Positions 1 through 13,058 of a stretch of DNA of 64,000 bases are shown piece after piece (the first letter of the stretch is position 1; every line of letters starts with the position of its first letter). The notes under the pieces are model-generated. The model did not search any database. It was given only the letters and a program-made list of their open reading frames with translations, and was not told the DNA's origin. This DNA comes from Mobula hypostoma (Eukaryota): assembly GCF_963921235.1 (NCBI RefSeq), contig NC_086097.1, forward strand, positions 160,334,001 to 160,398,000, written 5' to 3'. A program made the translations under genes and the position numbers.

Positions 1-639
1 TGAGTTTAAAAAAATATGTCCGTGAAAATGACATCCCCATTCATAAACTGGTGGCAATTACTATTGATGGGGCCCCAGCAATGCACTGTGTACGCATTGG
101 TTTTATAGCACTAAAAGTCAGTGCCTACTTCGGGTCAACTTATCTATGTGAAATTGCATTTTCACAGATGAAAATTATTAAATCTAAGTACAGGAGCTGT
201 CTTACTGACAAACACCTCACAGACTGTCTCAGACTGGCTATCTGTAGCTATGAGACAAATTTCAGGGAACTAGCAGAAAGTATTCAGCCCCAGTCATCAC
301 ACTGAGTGCAACAGTCAATTTTTATTCATTCATTTTTCATGTTGAAATAAAATTAAATAATGAAACTTAGAATTAAAGGTGTGAAGTATTGTAATATTCT
401 TAAAGAAAGACAGCTATGATCTGTTTGATATGCTAGTTATAGAGTTTTCTTGTTTGAATTAATTTGAAAGTTTGACAAAAGTATTTTGTGTAATTCAAAT
501 GCAATTAGTCCAAATAAGAGGCCTCAAATTGGAAGTACAATCTGAGCTGTTTTTTCTCTAAACGATTTAGTAGGTAGATCTAGCCTTTCACCAAGGTCAA
601 GGTAGGGGATCTTGGGCTTAAAAAGGTTGGTGACCATTA
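1..639 (+). mobile_element. hAT (Charlie/GTF2IRD2-like) DNA transposon, right end, internally deleted transposase
   Basis: ORF 51-305 has DGAPAM joined directly to the C-terminal FGSTYLCE..FSQMK..KSKYRS.LTD dimerisation motif. TIR-like GGTTGGTGACCATTA at 625-639 is followed by CTCTAGAA, matching the Charlie-type NTCTAGAN target. Confidence 0.85.
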
Positions 640-641
640 CT

Positions 642-2100
642 CTAGAAGATCTGCATACTCAGGAGGAACTCGAGGCAGCTCAGCAGAGGTAGGAAGGTAG
701 ATCTGGAGAGGCAGGAAGGCAAATGGCCCGACAGCGAGAAGACCTTCGGTGGAGTGCACCAGTGAATTTGTGGGTTGTGGAAGACCAGCCAGGAGTGTCC
801 TAAGATCAATGGGAACTCAGGAGAATGAATAAGGTGAAACTGAATATTGTTAGTATGCTGTTCTATGTGTAGATAGGTGGGAGCAGTGAAGTGAAAGATC
901 CTCCCAGGACTCAGAGGTCTTCCGTCCAGAGCCATGTCTATAATCGGTTGTTCAAGACAGGGGATGTCTTGCTAACCCGAGGTCCATGAAATTGGAAACT
1001 GTTCCCAAATCCATGAAGGATCTAAGCCCATGTCACTGTTCACCCCAAGAAATGGAGGTGCAAACCCGGGAGGAATGATGGTACCTGTCACAGATCTCCC
1101 TTGGATGGTTTCCTGATGGAAATGGCCTAGCTCACCAGAGTAGAGACATTCATTTGTTGGTCCCACTCAGCTTAAGAAAGTCGACTTCTGCCCAGTTGCA
1201 GCAGCTCCTCTGGAAGAAGTTGAGGGGAACTGCAGGTACTCATCACCTTGCTGAGGACGATGAGTCTGGAGGGGCTTGGAGACCGGCAGCTCTCGAGGAC
1301 TCACTGCAGCACTCTCTTCTCCTTTCCTGGAGAAGATTATTAGCCCGTATCAATGAGGGTCTCAAGATCTTCAACTGAGTCTCTGGCTGCCAAAACATCT
1401 TTAATTACACTTGATAACCCATGGTAAAACATGGCTATCAGGACTATAGTGTTCCAACCACTCTCTATCGCCAGAGTGCAGAACTCATTTGATAGTCAGC
1501 CATGCTATGGGTACTCTGACAAAGTTGGAGGAGTCAGCTGTCCACCTCTCATGCATTGATTTGGTGATCAAACACCCTCTTCCATCTCTACCTGGTGACG
1601 AGTCACAGGTAGTCACAACTCTGCATAACTTGGAGAGGTTTCTCCCAGAGCACCATGGCCTACACAAGAACTTTGCCAGAGAAGAAAGAGATAATAAAGG
1701 CCACCTTGCCTTAGATAGAGGGGATCTTGGTGCATCGCAGCTCAAAAGCCTGAGAGTACTGAGTGAGAAACCTTTTACATGTCTCTGCATTGTCACCAAA
1801 TTGCTCAAGTGCCGACAGGTTGAGAGACCCCGGAGTGGGGAGGCAGCAGGGGCTTGCTGGCTCAACCAGGTGATTTCAGTGAGTGTCTGCAGGGTAGTAA
1901 GGATTTGCTGGAGCACATACTCCTGTTCACTCACCATGACTTCCTGGCTGACCAGCACTGGCTGGAGATGCTCATACCTGGTGGTTGCCAGGCTGGGCTG
2001 AATCAGGATAGTTATGGTAAAGTTCAGTATCTTTAACCCATGGGCCATCAGGAGATACATTGACCAGGTGGACCCAAGTACAAAGGAGATCAGGGACAAG
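642..2100 (-). mobile_element. Degenerate Ty3/Gypsy (sushi/PEG10-like) gag-protease fragment
   Basis: Minus ORF 642-935 has ALDGRPL...SPEFPLILGHSWL..HNPQIHW (retropepsin C-half). 972-1166 has CLYSGELGHF (decayed zinc knuckle). Frameshifted gag-like text at ~1500-1950. Confidence 0.8.
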
Positions 2101-2419
2101 CAACCCACACAAAACGCTGGAGGAACTCAGCAGGCCAGGCAGCATCTATGGAAAAAGTCCAGTCGACATTATACTGCCACCTTTCAATGTCTCATTTTCT
2201 CCAAAGAAAAAACGTGTCTTTCTTCTTTGAAACAGCAGTGAGCTGTTGAGCAGATAGCATGCATTTCATATTATTTGTTAAGACATATTTATTGATCAGG
2301 AGACTGGGGAATAGCTATCCTGCTCTTCTTCAGAAATGAACTATTGGATTGTATGGGAAGATCGGTTCAGTATCTTCTCTAAAGACCAATACTTGAGTAG
2401 TCAAAAATTCACTCAATTG

Positions 2420-3362
2420 CAAGATGGTACTAGCAACCAACAGCAATGTGTTACAGACAGCTTACAAAGCTACTGGATACTCTTCTTCTTCTACGTATAC
2501 TGAACTGCGATTCATTGCAGCCTGTAACTTCCCTTTTAAGGATGTACTACATGATCTGGTGTTTTTGCGACATCCTGGGGATTCGACAAACTAGACTCTC
2601 GAGAGTGCAGTCATCACGGGGTGTATGCCGCGTCGATTCTTGATGGCAGAATATGAACCCACAGTCAGCTCCATTACTCTGAACTGATTAAAATGTCGAG
2701 CAAGATTAAGATTGTCGAGCACGAAAGCTGAAATCAAACAGGTGTTCAGCGCCTTCTGCCTGTCGGTCTCCCTCATTTTTCATTGCTGCCATCGGGCCAC
2801 AGGTGCAGGAATCTTGGATCCCACGCTGTCAAGTTCAGGAGCAGTTGTTGCCCTGCAGCCTTTAGGCTTCTGTATGGATGACACCCTCCTCAGTACTGAA
2901 TTTGCAGTTGTAGACTCAGTCTGGGGATATGCTCCGTTCCATGTGATTTTGTTTACTTCTTACTTTTTGCTTGCTGTGACCAAGGAGCTTCGGCACGGAA
3001 CTGACCGCAGCTGTGGCCCGCAACCTTTGGTACTCACCTCGGCGCTGAACTAGCTCTGTGGCTGTGGCCTCCAGCCATCGAGCTTCTGGACTGGCTTCAC
3101 TCGCCTCGGCGCTGAACTGGCTCCGTGGCTGTGGTCTCACTTTCGGGATTCTGCAGTTAATGTTCTGTGTGTTATTTGTTACTTTTTTACTGTTGAACCT
3201 TTGTTCTTTTTTTCACACATTGGGTGTTTGACAGTCTTTGTTATGTGGGTTTTTTTAATGGGTTCTATTATGTTTCTTTGTTTTGTGGCTGCCTGCAGGA
3301 AGACCAATCTTAGGGTTATATACAGCATACTTACTTTGATAGTAAATCCACTTTGAACTTTG
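2420..3362 (+). mobile_element. Non-autonomous Rex1-related retroposon
   Basis: Starts AAGATGG, CpG-rich 5' part, Rex1-like ORF-end remnant at ~2790-2875, internal short repeats ~3000-3140, T/G-rich 3' region ending CTTTGAACTTTGA. Confidence 0.5.
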
Positions 3363-3538
3363 ATTAACCAAGCGTTTGTGCTCAAACTCCAGAAGGACTG
3401 CCATGACTGACGATTGTTTCTGGTCAGAAAGTAAAGGTACACAGGGTGCTCAGTAAGCTCATATATGCTTCAGTGGTGAGGTAACTCTTGATGTGATAAC
3501 ATGAGAAAAAAGAGTAGACCTTGCATTTCCTGAAACCA

Positions 3539-3934
3539 GAACAACACACACAAAATTGCTGGAAGAACTCGGCAAGTCAGGCAGTATCAAAATTGGGTTT
3601 AGTATCACCGGCATGTGATGTGAAATTTATTAACTTAGTAGCAGCAGTTCAATGCAAAATTCTGTGGAGAATAATAAACAGTTGACACTTTGGGCTGAGA
3701 CACTTCATATGGACTGAAAAGAAAGGAGGCAGAAGTCAAAATAAGAAGATGGGGGGCGAGGGGAAGTAGTACAAGCTGCCAGGTGATAGGTGAGGCCAGG
3801 TCTGATGAAGAATCTTGACCCAAAACGTTGACTGCTTATCTCCTCCATAGATGCCGCTTGGCTTGCTGATTTCCTCGAACATTTTGGGTGTGTGCTCTGG
3901 ATTTCAGGCACCTGCAGAATCTCTTGCACTTATC
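3539..3934. mobile_element. Old fold-back Penelope pLTR insertion with a short Rex1 tail inserted at ~3590-3660
   Basis: Two opposed pLTR fragments with decayed hammerhead motifs (~3680-3716 minus, ~3798-3834 plus). 11-bp direct repeat TCCTGAAACCA at 3528-3538 and 3935-3945. Confidence 0.7.
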
Positions 3935-4465
3935 TCCTGAAACCATTCCATCATTCAATGAGTTCACAGCTGATGATTTACCTTGATGCCATTTCCCTGC
4001 ACTATCCCTCAAATCAATTAATTACATATTTTAAAATCTTGATTCATTAAATATTTTAAGTATTTAAAATTTAATGCAGCATTTAGTTTAAATTATCCCT
4101 TGCTTATATTGTTTGTCAACACATCTAAAGAGAATGTATATTCACTGCCAAGGCTCTGTCTCAGTAGAATACATTTGGAAGATTGGCAAAATGCTCTTGA
4201 TTGTAAAGATGGTCCGACAAACTACAGGAAACCTTAACTACACTGCAACATTAACAGGATGGCGGCAACTAAAATTCCGTAGTGAGCTGGCCTAGTTTCA
4301 TCCCAAATTTACCAAGTTTAAGTAATTAACAATGTGAAGTGCCCTGGATCATGAGGCAGACTGATCAGTTCAAACCAGTAAAGTACTGCAGATCTGCAGT
4401 TCCCATACATCCTTTTAACATTGACCTGATTTCTCTAGAAAGTTCAGGAGCATATCTCAAAGAAA

Positions 4466-4669
4466 TAAACACATAAAAAGCTGGAAAACTTCAGTAGGTC
4501 GGGCAGCAGTAGTAGGAGAAAATGCTAATATTTCTGTTTGAGGACCTGTCATAAGAATTTCTGAAACATTAACGGTCTTGCTTTCCACAAATGTTGCCTG
4601 GCATGAGCTTTTCCAGCATTTTCTATTTTTACAGCGGATTTCCAGCATCTGATTTATTTTTTAAATTTT
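4466..4669. mobile_element. Very old fold-back Penelope pLTR fragment
   Basis: Opposed pLTR-like halves. Flanks CATATCTCAAAGAAA (4451-4465) and CAGATCTTAAAGAAA (4670-4684) match 13/15. Confidence 0.5.
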
Positions 4670-4700
4670 CAGATCTTAAAGAAACTTTTCCACAACTTTC

Positions 4701-4983
4701 AGTAGAGTAGTGTAGTGGTTAGCACAATGCTTACAGTACAGACGACCTGGACTCAATTCCTGCCCCGCCTGCAAGGCATTTGTACATTCTCCCTGTAACT
4801 GTGGTCTTCTCCAGGTGCTCCAGTTTGCTTCCACTGTTCAAGGACGTACCAGTTGGTAGGTTAATTGGTCATTGTAAATTGTCCTGCGATTAGGCTCAGA
4901 TTAAATCGGGGGGATTGCTGGGCATCGTGGCTCAAAGGGCTGGAAGGGCCTATTCCACACTGTATCTCAATAAATAAATAAAA
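4701..4983 (+). mobile_element. tRNA-derived SINE (V-SINE/HE1-like) with CR1-type tail
   Basis: A-box-like TAGTGTAGTGG, B-box-like GGACTCAATTCC, V-domain-like core, tail GGAAGGGCCTATTCCACACTGTATCTC followed by (AAAT)n. Confidence 0.8.
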
Positions 4984-4989
4984 TTCAAG

Positions 4990-5235
4990 CAACTACTGGG
5001 AATATGGATGGTCTTGGGGTTAGAGGATTGTGTATGGATGTGGGTAGGAGAGAGGAACTGGGGTTTGTTTGGGTATTGTTGCTTGTTGCTTGTGTGTTCT
5101 GACTTGTTGAGCATTGTGGGCATGTTATGTTAGCACCAGAATGTGGGCTGCCTCTGAACACTCTTGGGTGTGTTAGTTGTTGATGCAATACTGCATTGAC
5201 TGTATATATTGAATAAACTTGAATTCTGAATCTTG
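4990..5235 (+). mobile_element. 3' part of a non-autonomous retroposon (same family as 12230-12460 and 50425-50600)
   Basis: Shares ATTGTGGGCATG.TATGTT ... GTTAGTTGTT ... AATAAA plus short tandem tail with the other copies. Confidence 0.6.
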
Positions 5236-5504
5236 GGAGGTGAACTGTGTGATTAAAGTTATTGGATTGAGTTGAAGGCTACATGGAAATGGCACAGAAG
5301 AGATGTTAAGGCCTGAGGCAGAGTAGGAGCCCTAATGAAGGGTCTCGGCTTAAAATGACAACTGTTCATTTTCCTCCATGGAAGCTGCCTGACTTGTTGA
5401 GTTTCTCCAGCATTTTGTGTGTGTTTCTTCACTCATAATCAAGGGGTCAGATTGCTGTTTGTTTTTATAGATTAGCATCTAGCAAAATGATGTCTTAGAG
5501 GGCT

Positions 5505-6075
5505 CTGTGAAGGCAACACCTTGAGTATTATGTGCAGTTTTACTCTCCTTATCTGAGGAATGATGTTGTTATTCAGAAGGAAGTATAGTGAATGCTCATC
5601 AGGTATATTACTAGGATGGCAGAACTGATGTATGAAGAGATTTGGTCAATTTGGCTTGTATTCACTGGAATGTAAAAGATGGAGAGAATTTCATAGAAAT
5701 CTACAGAATTCTAGGAGAACTGGACAGATCAGATCCAGGAAGGATGTTCCAGATGACCGAGAGTCCAAGATCAGAGGTCACAGTTAGAATAAGGGGAAAG
5801 CCATTTAAGATTGCTAAGAGGAGAAATGCTTTCACCCACAGTTTGGGGAACATCTGGAATTCTTTGCCACAGAAACAGTTATAATCAGATCATTATGCTG
5901 TATATATATATTCAAGAAGGAATTGGATATCTTTCTTCAGGCTAGATCGATCAAGGAATGTGGGGAGAAAGATAGAACTTTGTATTGAATTTGAATGATC
6001 ACCTATGATCATATTGAAAGGCAGAGTAGACCCAAAGGGTCAATCCGCCTATTCTTGCTCCTGATTCCTAAGTTT
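5505..6075 (+). mobile_element. CR1 LINE 3' fragment, degenerate
   Basis: ORF 5642-5884 has IEIYRIL.ELDR.D.GRMF...RIRGKPF...WNSLPQ; CR1 3' UTR follows. Confidence 0.85.
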
Positions 6076-7954
6076 CCAAAGACTCAGATTACTGATCCAG
6101 ATGTGTGTGTTTGAATCCTATTAAAGTATATGTAGAATTGAAATCACATGGCAAAGTTAAAACGTTTTCTTTACATTTAACAAAAACATATGATTTGTTT
6201 CCATTTTATTCTATTTATCCCTTTAGTCTTTATATAACTGGAATTTTCTGCATCAGTAGTATCTTATTTCATGCACTGAAATGATTCTTACAATGTAAAT
6301 ACATCTTGTGCTAATGGCCTATCATTTAGTTTAGTGGTAATAACATTAAATGATAATGTTCGTTTTAGTACCAAATACAATTTCATGCTCAATGGGCAAT
6401 TCGTATTTTGCCACTACACTTTGTTCTATACATGGAGTATAATTGATTTTGGTTCCTTTCTGGCAGTTTTTCTACATGCCTGCAGCCAAATTTAGTTTCT
6501 ACTTCTTGGTTCATCAGTTAGTGACAGGTAGGTAGTGAGACATACTTGTCAACTGACATGAGTTATCTTGTGCTGGACTTTGATAAGACATTATATTAAA
6601 ATAGAGGTCTGGGATTGTCCCGTGATTTGTAAAGTAAATATTAACTCAAGAAGCAAGGATATAAACCCAAGAAATAGAAACAGGCAAAGGCAATTTGGCC
6701 CCTCATGCCTGCTTTCCTATTCAATAAGATTATGAATGATCCTTTATTTCATTTTCACTTCTTTGCTCAAGCTCCACATCTTTTGATTTCCCTAATATCC
6801 AAATATCTACCCTGATTATTTTTATCCATGTCTGTTTGAGTATATGCAGTGACTGAGCCTCCAAGAATCTGCTAATAATTCCAAAGACTCAATACGCTCC
6901 TGATGAAGAAACTGCTTCTATTCTAATGCTTGATTGCCCCATTCGAGACTGTGTGACCCTGGCTTTAGAAACTCCAGTCAGGTCAAATGCCATTCCTTCT
7001 TCTAGCCTGCTGTATCCCTCAAAGAAATCACTTCTCACTCCTCTGTGGTACCATATGTCTAGGTCCAGACTGCAAAAAGAAAGAGCATTCCTTAAATCCC
7101 AGAGCTTTGTGTAACCCATTTGTCAGCTTCTCATCTTTGAAGATCCAACTACACCGAACAATATGTGTTTAAAATAATGCCTATTCTGAAGAAACCAAGG
7201 AAGAGCATGGTACCACAAAATAAATGAAAACCCTTATCATTTATTCATTAGCACTGTTATTTCTATTTATAAGTGTTTGTGCATCAGAGAGATAGACAGA
7301 ATGTGAGCAGATGTGTGGCAGAGTTAGCCAAAAGTCAGGGAGTAAATAGAGGTGTGGGAGAGGCAGTAAATAGTTATTAAAAGTAATAGTGTCACCTGGA
7401 CTGATCAGAACTAGTTGCTATTTTCATCTCTATGAATATTACCAAAGAGAACTTACAAAGTAAGAACATGGGCAGAAGATTATTGCTACTGGCGAATAAT
7501 TATTGCAACCAGCTTAAACTGATTATGATGACTATTTTGGGGAACTATTATTTCAATGAATCTAGTTCAATTTTTCTCCCTCATCTTGCTTTCATTTAAT
7601 ATATGCAACACCATATTATCATCTTGCTCACAGAAATATTATCTTTTTTTTCATAATGACACAACTCACTGAACTGGTAAATAACAAAATAATAATTATA
7701 ATTAGTTCAACATGTTGAGCTATTTAGAATATGACAGTTTACTGGAGAAATGATTGGTATGGGTTCTGATGTTAATCTGTAATATGGCATTTACAAATTA
7801 CTAATAGTCTGGCTGGCAACAAGTGAGTCCACTGAAATTAAATGCCTGCTAGCACAGCAGCTAAATGCACAAGATGTCTAAAGTAGAACAGCAACGCTTG
7901 CACATCATTGGAAACTTAACTTTATTTTGTAGAAGCCATTACAATTAGTCATAG

Positions 7955-9440
7955 TAATGCAGAGTTAAACAGCATAGAAATGGTCCATCAGCTCAATTAT
8001 ATTAGATCCATATCCTTCTATGTCTTGTCTATTTAAGTGCCTGCCCAAAAGCCTCTTAAATGCAATGTTTGTATCTGATCCTACCACCTGTTCTGGCAGC
8101 TAATTCCAGATATTAACCTCTCTGTGTCAAAAATAAAACAGAAAGCTTTCCACTTAGCTTCTATTTCAGACTTCTCTCACTCACAAACCTATTCCCTTGT
8201 GTTTTAATACCCTATTTACTACATCTATTCCTCTCATGATTCTATATATCAGTCATCCCTCTGCTTTCTTTGCTGCAAAGAAAACAAACCCAGCTCACCC
8301 AATCTTTGCTATAACTAAAGTCCTCCAATTCAGGCAAACTCCTGGTGATTCTGATTGTGATCCTGAATCTCTTCTGCACTTTATCCAGTGCCATCACATT
8401 CTTCCTCTTATGTAGTGAGCAGAATACAGAAAATTACCCAAGTGTAGTCTAACCAGGATTTTGTATAATGTCAACATAGCACGTCATACAATTATATATC
8501 ATACATATTTTATGCCTTGACCTAAGAATGTGAGTTTGTCACATATTTATATGCACTTGTGTTGCCACTCACTTCGTCAAACACTCCTTAGTGCCCTACC
8601 TTTTACTATAGGCTTTCTATCCCATTTGACTTCCCAAACTGCGTCATTTTGTACTTGTAATAATGCACTGTTCCCTCAGAGCCGTGCGGGTACACAGCTA
8701 CATAGTAACTGAAATGCTCCCATGCACATAGTCTTTGTTGTCACACAGCTGGAATTCTCTTTTATATAATAATATAATTTTGAAATTATGCTAATATAAT
8801 TTTGAAATCTCTGTTAATATAATTGTGAAATATCCTGTAATTAATTATCTGTTAATGAATATAGTCCATCAATTTTCTAAACAATAAATGTACCACAACC
8901 TTTGAAACATTTTAGAGTTTCAACATATTTACATTGTCAGTGTTTTAAGTTACAACACTGTTACTACTTGTAACAATAGATACGGAATGGAAGGTGGTAG
9001 CTTGTTGTTAATAATCTACCAACCTGCTGAACACCAATGCCGTCTAGTCAAAATATTTTACTTTGTGCCTGTCAGTTGTTTTGACTGCCTGACATTAGTT
9101 ACTTGGGTTCTGAGTGTGGTTTGTGTTTGTTTGATGTGAAGAAATTCTACATTCTGACATTTTTGGTAGGTAATCAAAAGTATGTGATTTTTCCACTTAA
9201 ATTCTAAATATTCATAGTATGCATATTACAAAAAAAACTTTTAAAGTGCTCTACAGTTTTCAGGCTGTGTGAAAATTTCCTGCTCAGAGCAATGTACAGC
9301 TGTAAAAGAAAATTAGAGGGAAAATTGCTTGTCAGAATTAAATCCCATTTGCCAACACTCTGCACAACTTCTGATTGGATCCATATATTGCCATAACCTT
9401 AGACAACCTTCTTCACTGTCCACAATCACTAATTTTGGAT
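7955..9440 (-). mobile_element. Old CR1 3' fragment interrupted by a DNA element at 8666-9327
   Basis: Reverse CR1 ORF2 text breaks at CTTGT (~8654-8658) and resumes at 9328 (CTTGTCAGAATTAAATCCCATTTGCCA). Confidence 0.65.
8666..9327. mobile_element. Probable non-autonomous hAT-type DNA transposon
   Basis: Imperfect TIRs CACTGTTCCCTC / GAGGGAAAATTG (10/12). AT-rich interior. Interrupts a CR1 with CTTGT on both sides. Confidence 0.5.
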
Positions 9441-10519
9441 CCAATTAGCCATCTCTAGGCAAGTGGAGACTACTTAATCTTATGCAAAGCTTATGATTTG
9501 AAGATGGCAAAATAGTCTTGGGTGTAAAGACCTGAGCCATCCTCAACCTGTTCTTGCAGCCTGTTACTAATAAGGCTGTATCAGTGGAGCATCAGCAATG
9601 ATAGTTCCACTGAATATTAAATATGTATCATTTGTTGATGATCGTCATTGTCTTATACTTTGTAACTTGAACCATCCATGCCTAAATAATTCTAGGTCTC
9701 ATTGCATAGAGGCATGGTCTACTTCATTTGCTGAGGAAGTGTGAATGGAATTGACATTATACTATGATCAATGTACATTGCCACTTCTGACCTTCTGATG
9801 AATGAAATGTAATTAATGAATCAGATGGAAATGGTTGGGCCTAAGGCACTACCCTAAAAAACCGCTGTAGCGATGACCTTGAATGATTTCTTTCTGGTAT
9901 CAGCTATGACTGAAGCACCTTTGTCCTTTACCAATGCCCCGTGATGCCAGCATAGTCAAATGTTAAGGGCACTCTCACATCTGGAATTTCCGGTTTATAT
10001 ATGGACCCACCACTCTCAGTATAAAAAAAAACTTCTCCCTTATCATAAAGCTATGTCCTCTAGCATTTGACAGACATTTTGACATTGGGAAAAAGATTTA
10101 GACTCTCTACCCTATCTATTGTTCTTATAGTACTACAAACTTTTATCAGGTCTCCCTTCAGCCTCTGAAACTGCAAAAAGAAGCAGCACCCATTTGTCCA
10201 ATCCATTCCCTAAAACTGATATCCTGCAATCCAAGCAGCTTCCAAATAAATGATGGAAATTTGTCTTCACATCAGCTTTGTAGTATTCACTGCTACCATA
10301 GACAGTAGCTTCTATCAAAGGTAGACTGGTGAAAAAGAGGTCAAGTAGTTGATCTTTGTTGGTTCATTCAAAATCTGCTGAAGATCTGGATTGGCAACAT
10401 GTACTTCAAGACTTGGAAAGGTCATTCTGTATGATGCTTCCAAACTACTGTTAGATAGACAGAGAAGAGCCCCCATCCTCTGTCCTTATTACTTTCAGTG
10501 CATTTTTCACGACATTGCT

Positions 10520-10770
10520 TTGCAGGTAGTAGAGTCACTGCCTCATAGCGGCAGAGACCCAGTTTCAATCATGTCCTTAGGTACTGTCTACGTGTAACTT
10601 CTCCCTGTTACCATATGGAATTCCTCCCATGTCCCAAAAACATGCAGGTTGGTAGGTCACTGTAAACCATATACATAAAAACCGTATGCATAAGTCAGCG
10701 GTAGAATCTAGTGGGACAGGGAAGTTAATGAGAATAAAATGTGGGATTAATGTGGGATCAGTGTAGATGG
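10520..10770 (+). mobile_element. tRNA-derived V-SINE-like element, interrupted by the solo LTR
   Basis: GTAGAGTCACTGCCTCATAGCGGCAGAGACCCAGTTTCAATC head, then a V-domain-like core. Confidence 0.65.
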
Positions 10771-11628
10771 TGTTACGTACCCCGTAACTGGGTTGCCAAA
10801 CCAGCAGAAATGGATCACTCAGTTGGAGTCTGGAGTACTAGAACTAAGAAAGTTTTATTAAAGAAACAAGCAACACAGTAATCGAAAGGATAATAAATGC
10901 AACAGTTCAGCGATGATAAACACACGTGCACAGAATTAAAATAACAGCATCAATCAAGCTCTATCGTTGTCTAGGGGTAAATGACCAAATTTCAAAATGA
11001 CTCAAAGTTCAGTCCAGTTAGTAGTTCAGTTTGCAGTAATCGTTGCCATGGCGATGGACAACGTGGGGGAAGAGAGAGATAGAACAGGAACAACTGATCA
11101 TTCAGAACGGCTTCACTCACAGACCGGCGAGATTGCTCACAAGCAACTTTTGGGCGGGTCCTTGGTGATGTCACCTGAGGTCACCGACTGTGACCCCTCC
11201 TCCAGATGCAGTCGATCCTCTGCAGTGAACCCGGCACCCAGGCAAGGGCGGACACACACCGGGTTCCCGCTGATCGTACCTTTCCACCCTGGCCGTTGTC
11301 TGATACTTCTCACCCACTCGTGAGAGGCGCACCGCTTCCAGGGTCTCGTTACCTCGGGTGGCGTGTGTGTTCTGCCTTAGCGAACCTGTCCCTTTTTATC
11401 CCCCTGCTGGGGCATCGCCTGTCCACCACTTCAAACAGTTCAGGGTTCAAAGGGGAAGCAGCTCCCGACAGCTCTCTCTCCCACGTCCCTTCATTACACA
11501 TCTCCAGACGCTGCTCCATTGTTCCTTATCTCTCCTTCCCTTGAGGGCAGGTGGCAGACCAACTGCTGATGCCACTGATGCTAACCCAGGCCAGCAAACA
11601 TCTTAATTTTATGTGTATTCTCGTCACA
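10771..11628 (-). mobile_element. Solo LTR of the Gmr1-like family at 50725-55633
   Basis: 858 bp, TGTTACG...CGTCACA, collinear with the 861-bp LTRs. 4-bp TSD ATGG at 10767-10770 and 11629-11632. Confidence 0.97.
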
Positions 11629-11649
11629 ATGGACACTTCATTGTTTTTA

Positions 11650-12460
11650 TTTAAGATGGCAGCAAGCTAGTCTCCATCAAGACTGTGGCTCAGACTTAAT
11701 TTTTTTATGTTTGTCGGGATGGTTTTGGGGACAGAGAGGGGAGTTAGGGGTCAGCATAGGGTTTAGGAACAGGGTTGTGGGGAGTTAGAGGTCAGAATAG
11801 GGTTTAGGAATGGGGACTTAGTGGAATTAGAGGTCAGGCCTTCATTCAGCTTCACACACAAATTCGAAGGCCAATGATTTGGATGGGTGACGAAGGATAG
11901 AGGCAGTCTAGGCCTCCACATCACGCTTGAAAAGTCATGGGTTAAAGGACATCCAGAGACCAGACCTCTGCTCTGTGCTCAAAGGGTCAGCGACATGGTT
12001 ATGGGGATGAAGGACATCTGTGGGCCGTCCCAGGTTGGTGGATGTCAGTGTGAGTAAGCATGAGGACCAGTCGAACTGCGGGCTTGGAGTTCAATCCCAG
12101 AATTCAGCTAGTCCAGGGATTGATGCCAAGTTTTGAGGCCTGAAGATCGATCAGGTCAAGTGTTGTAGCATAAAGGCTGAAGCCTGTAAACTGAAGGGCC
12201 TGTCCCGAAACTGTTTGACTGTCCACATGTGTGGGTGGGAGAGAGGAAAAGAGCTTGTTTTATTATTGTTGCTTTGTTGAGTTTTATTGTGTTCTGTGTT
12301 GCTCAGCCGAGAATTGTGGGCATGCTATGTTGCCGCTGGAACATGTGGCAACATTTGCTCCCCAGCACATCTTTAGGTATGTTAGTTGTTAACTCACACA
12401 CTGCATTTCATTGTATGTTTCAATGTACAGTAGATGTGATAAATAAATCTGATTCTGATG
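11650..12460 (+). mobile_element. Non-autonomous retroposon with G-rich internal tandem repeat
   Basis: Starts AAGATGGCAG. Degenerate ~41-bp repeat at ~11740-11838. Ends AATAAATCTGATTCTGA. 3' part shared with 4990-5235. Confidence 0.55.
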
Positions 12461-13058
12461 GGGTAAACATGTCTGTTTCTATGAATCTATGATTACATAG
12501 ATTGCAATGTAGAATTTCAAGTCTGAATAGGGATCGGATCAATCTGTATAAGGAAAAACAAAATTAAGAGTCTATTAGCTTGAGTTCTGAAGCAGCAAAT
12601 AAAAAGTGAATGACAAAAAATACTAATTTTTACTTTTTTGATAAACATGAAAATTATATTTTTCCAAAACACACCCCAATTATCTCAAAATCATAGGTTA
12701 ATTTTCCAGTTCTCTGCTTCCAGAATCAATTACTAATTTTACGCACTTTACATTCTGATCAGCTTGTGGTGTTGAACTCTTTTCATGATATTCACTGATA
12801 AACTCTTTCTGGTCACCCAAAATATTAGAAGGAATGAAGTCCTGGAACTACGAATGGATTTATTACAAGACTGTGCATCTTAGCTCTTGCTGAAGAATCA
12901 ACTAACTATGTGTAAATTGCTTCAGATTTTCCTTTATTCTCTCTAGTAGACATCATTCTTAGACTGACCTTTCACTCATATGTTTTAAAATAGTTACTAC
13001 TCCCCAATTCCATGTCATTCAGAATTTCTGAATCAGAAACAGATTTATTATCACTGTC

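Noticed and set aside
2591..2727. Terminal exon on the minus strand (FVLDNLNLARHFNQFRV...)
   Set aside because: Lies in the CpG-rich 5' part of a probable retroposon and the peptide is not recognisable.
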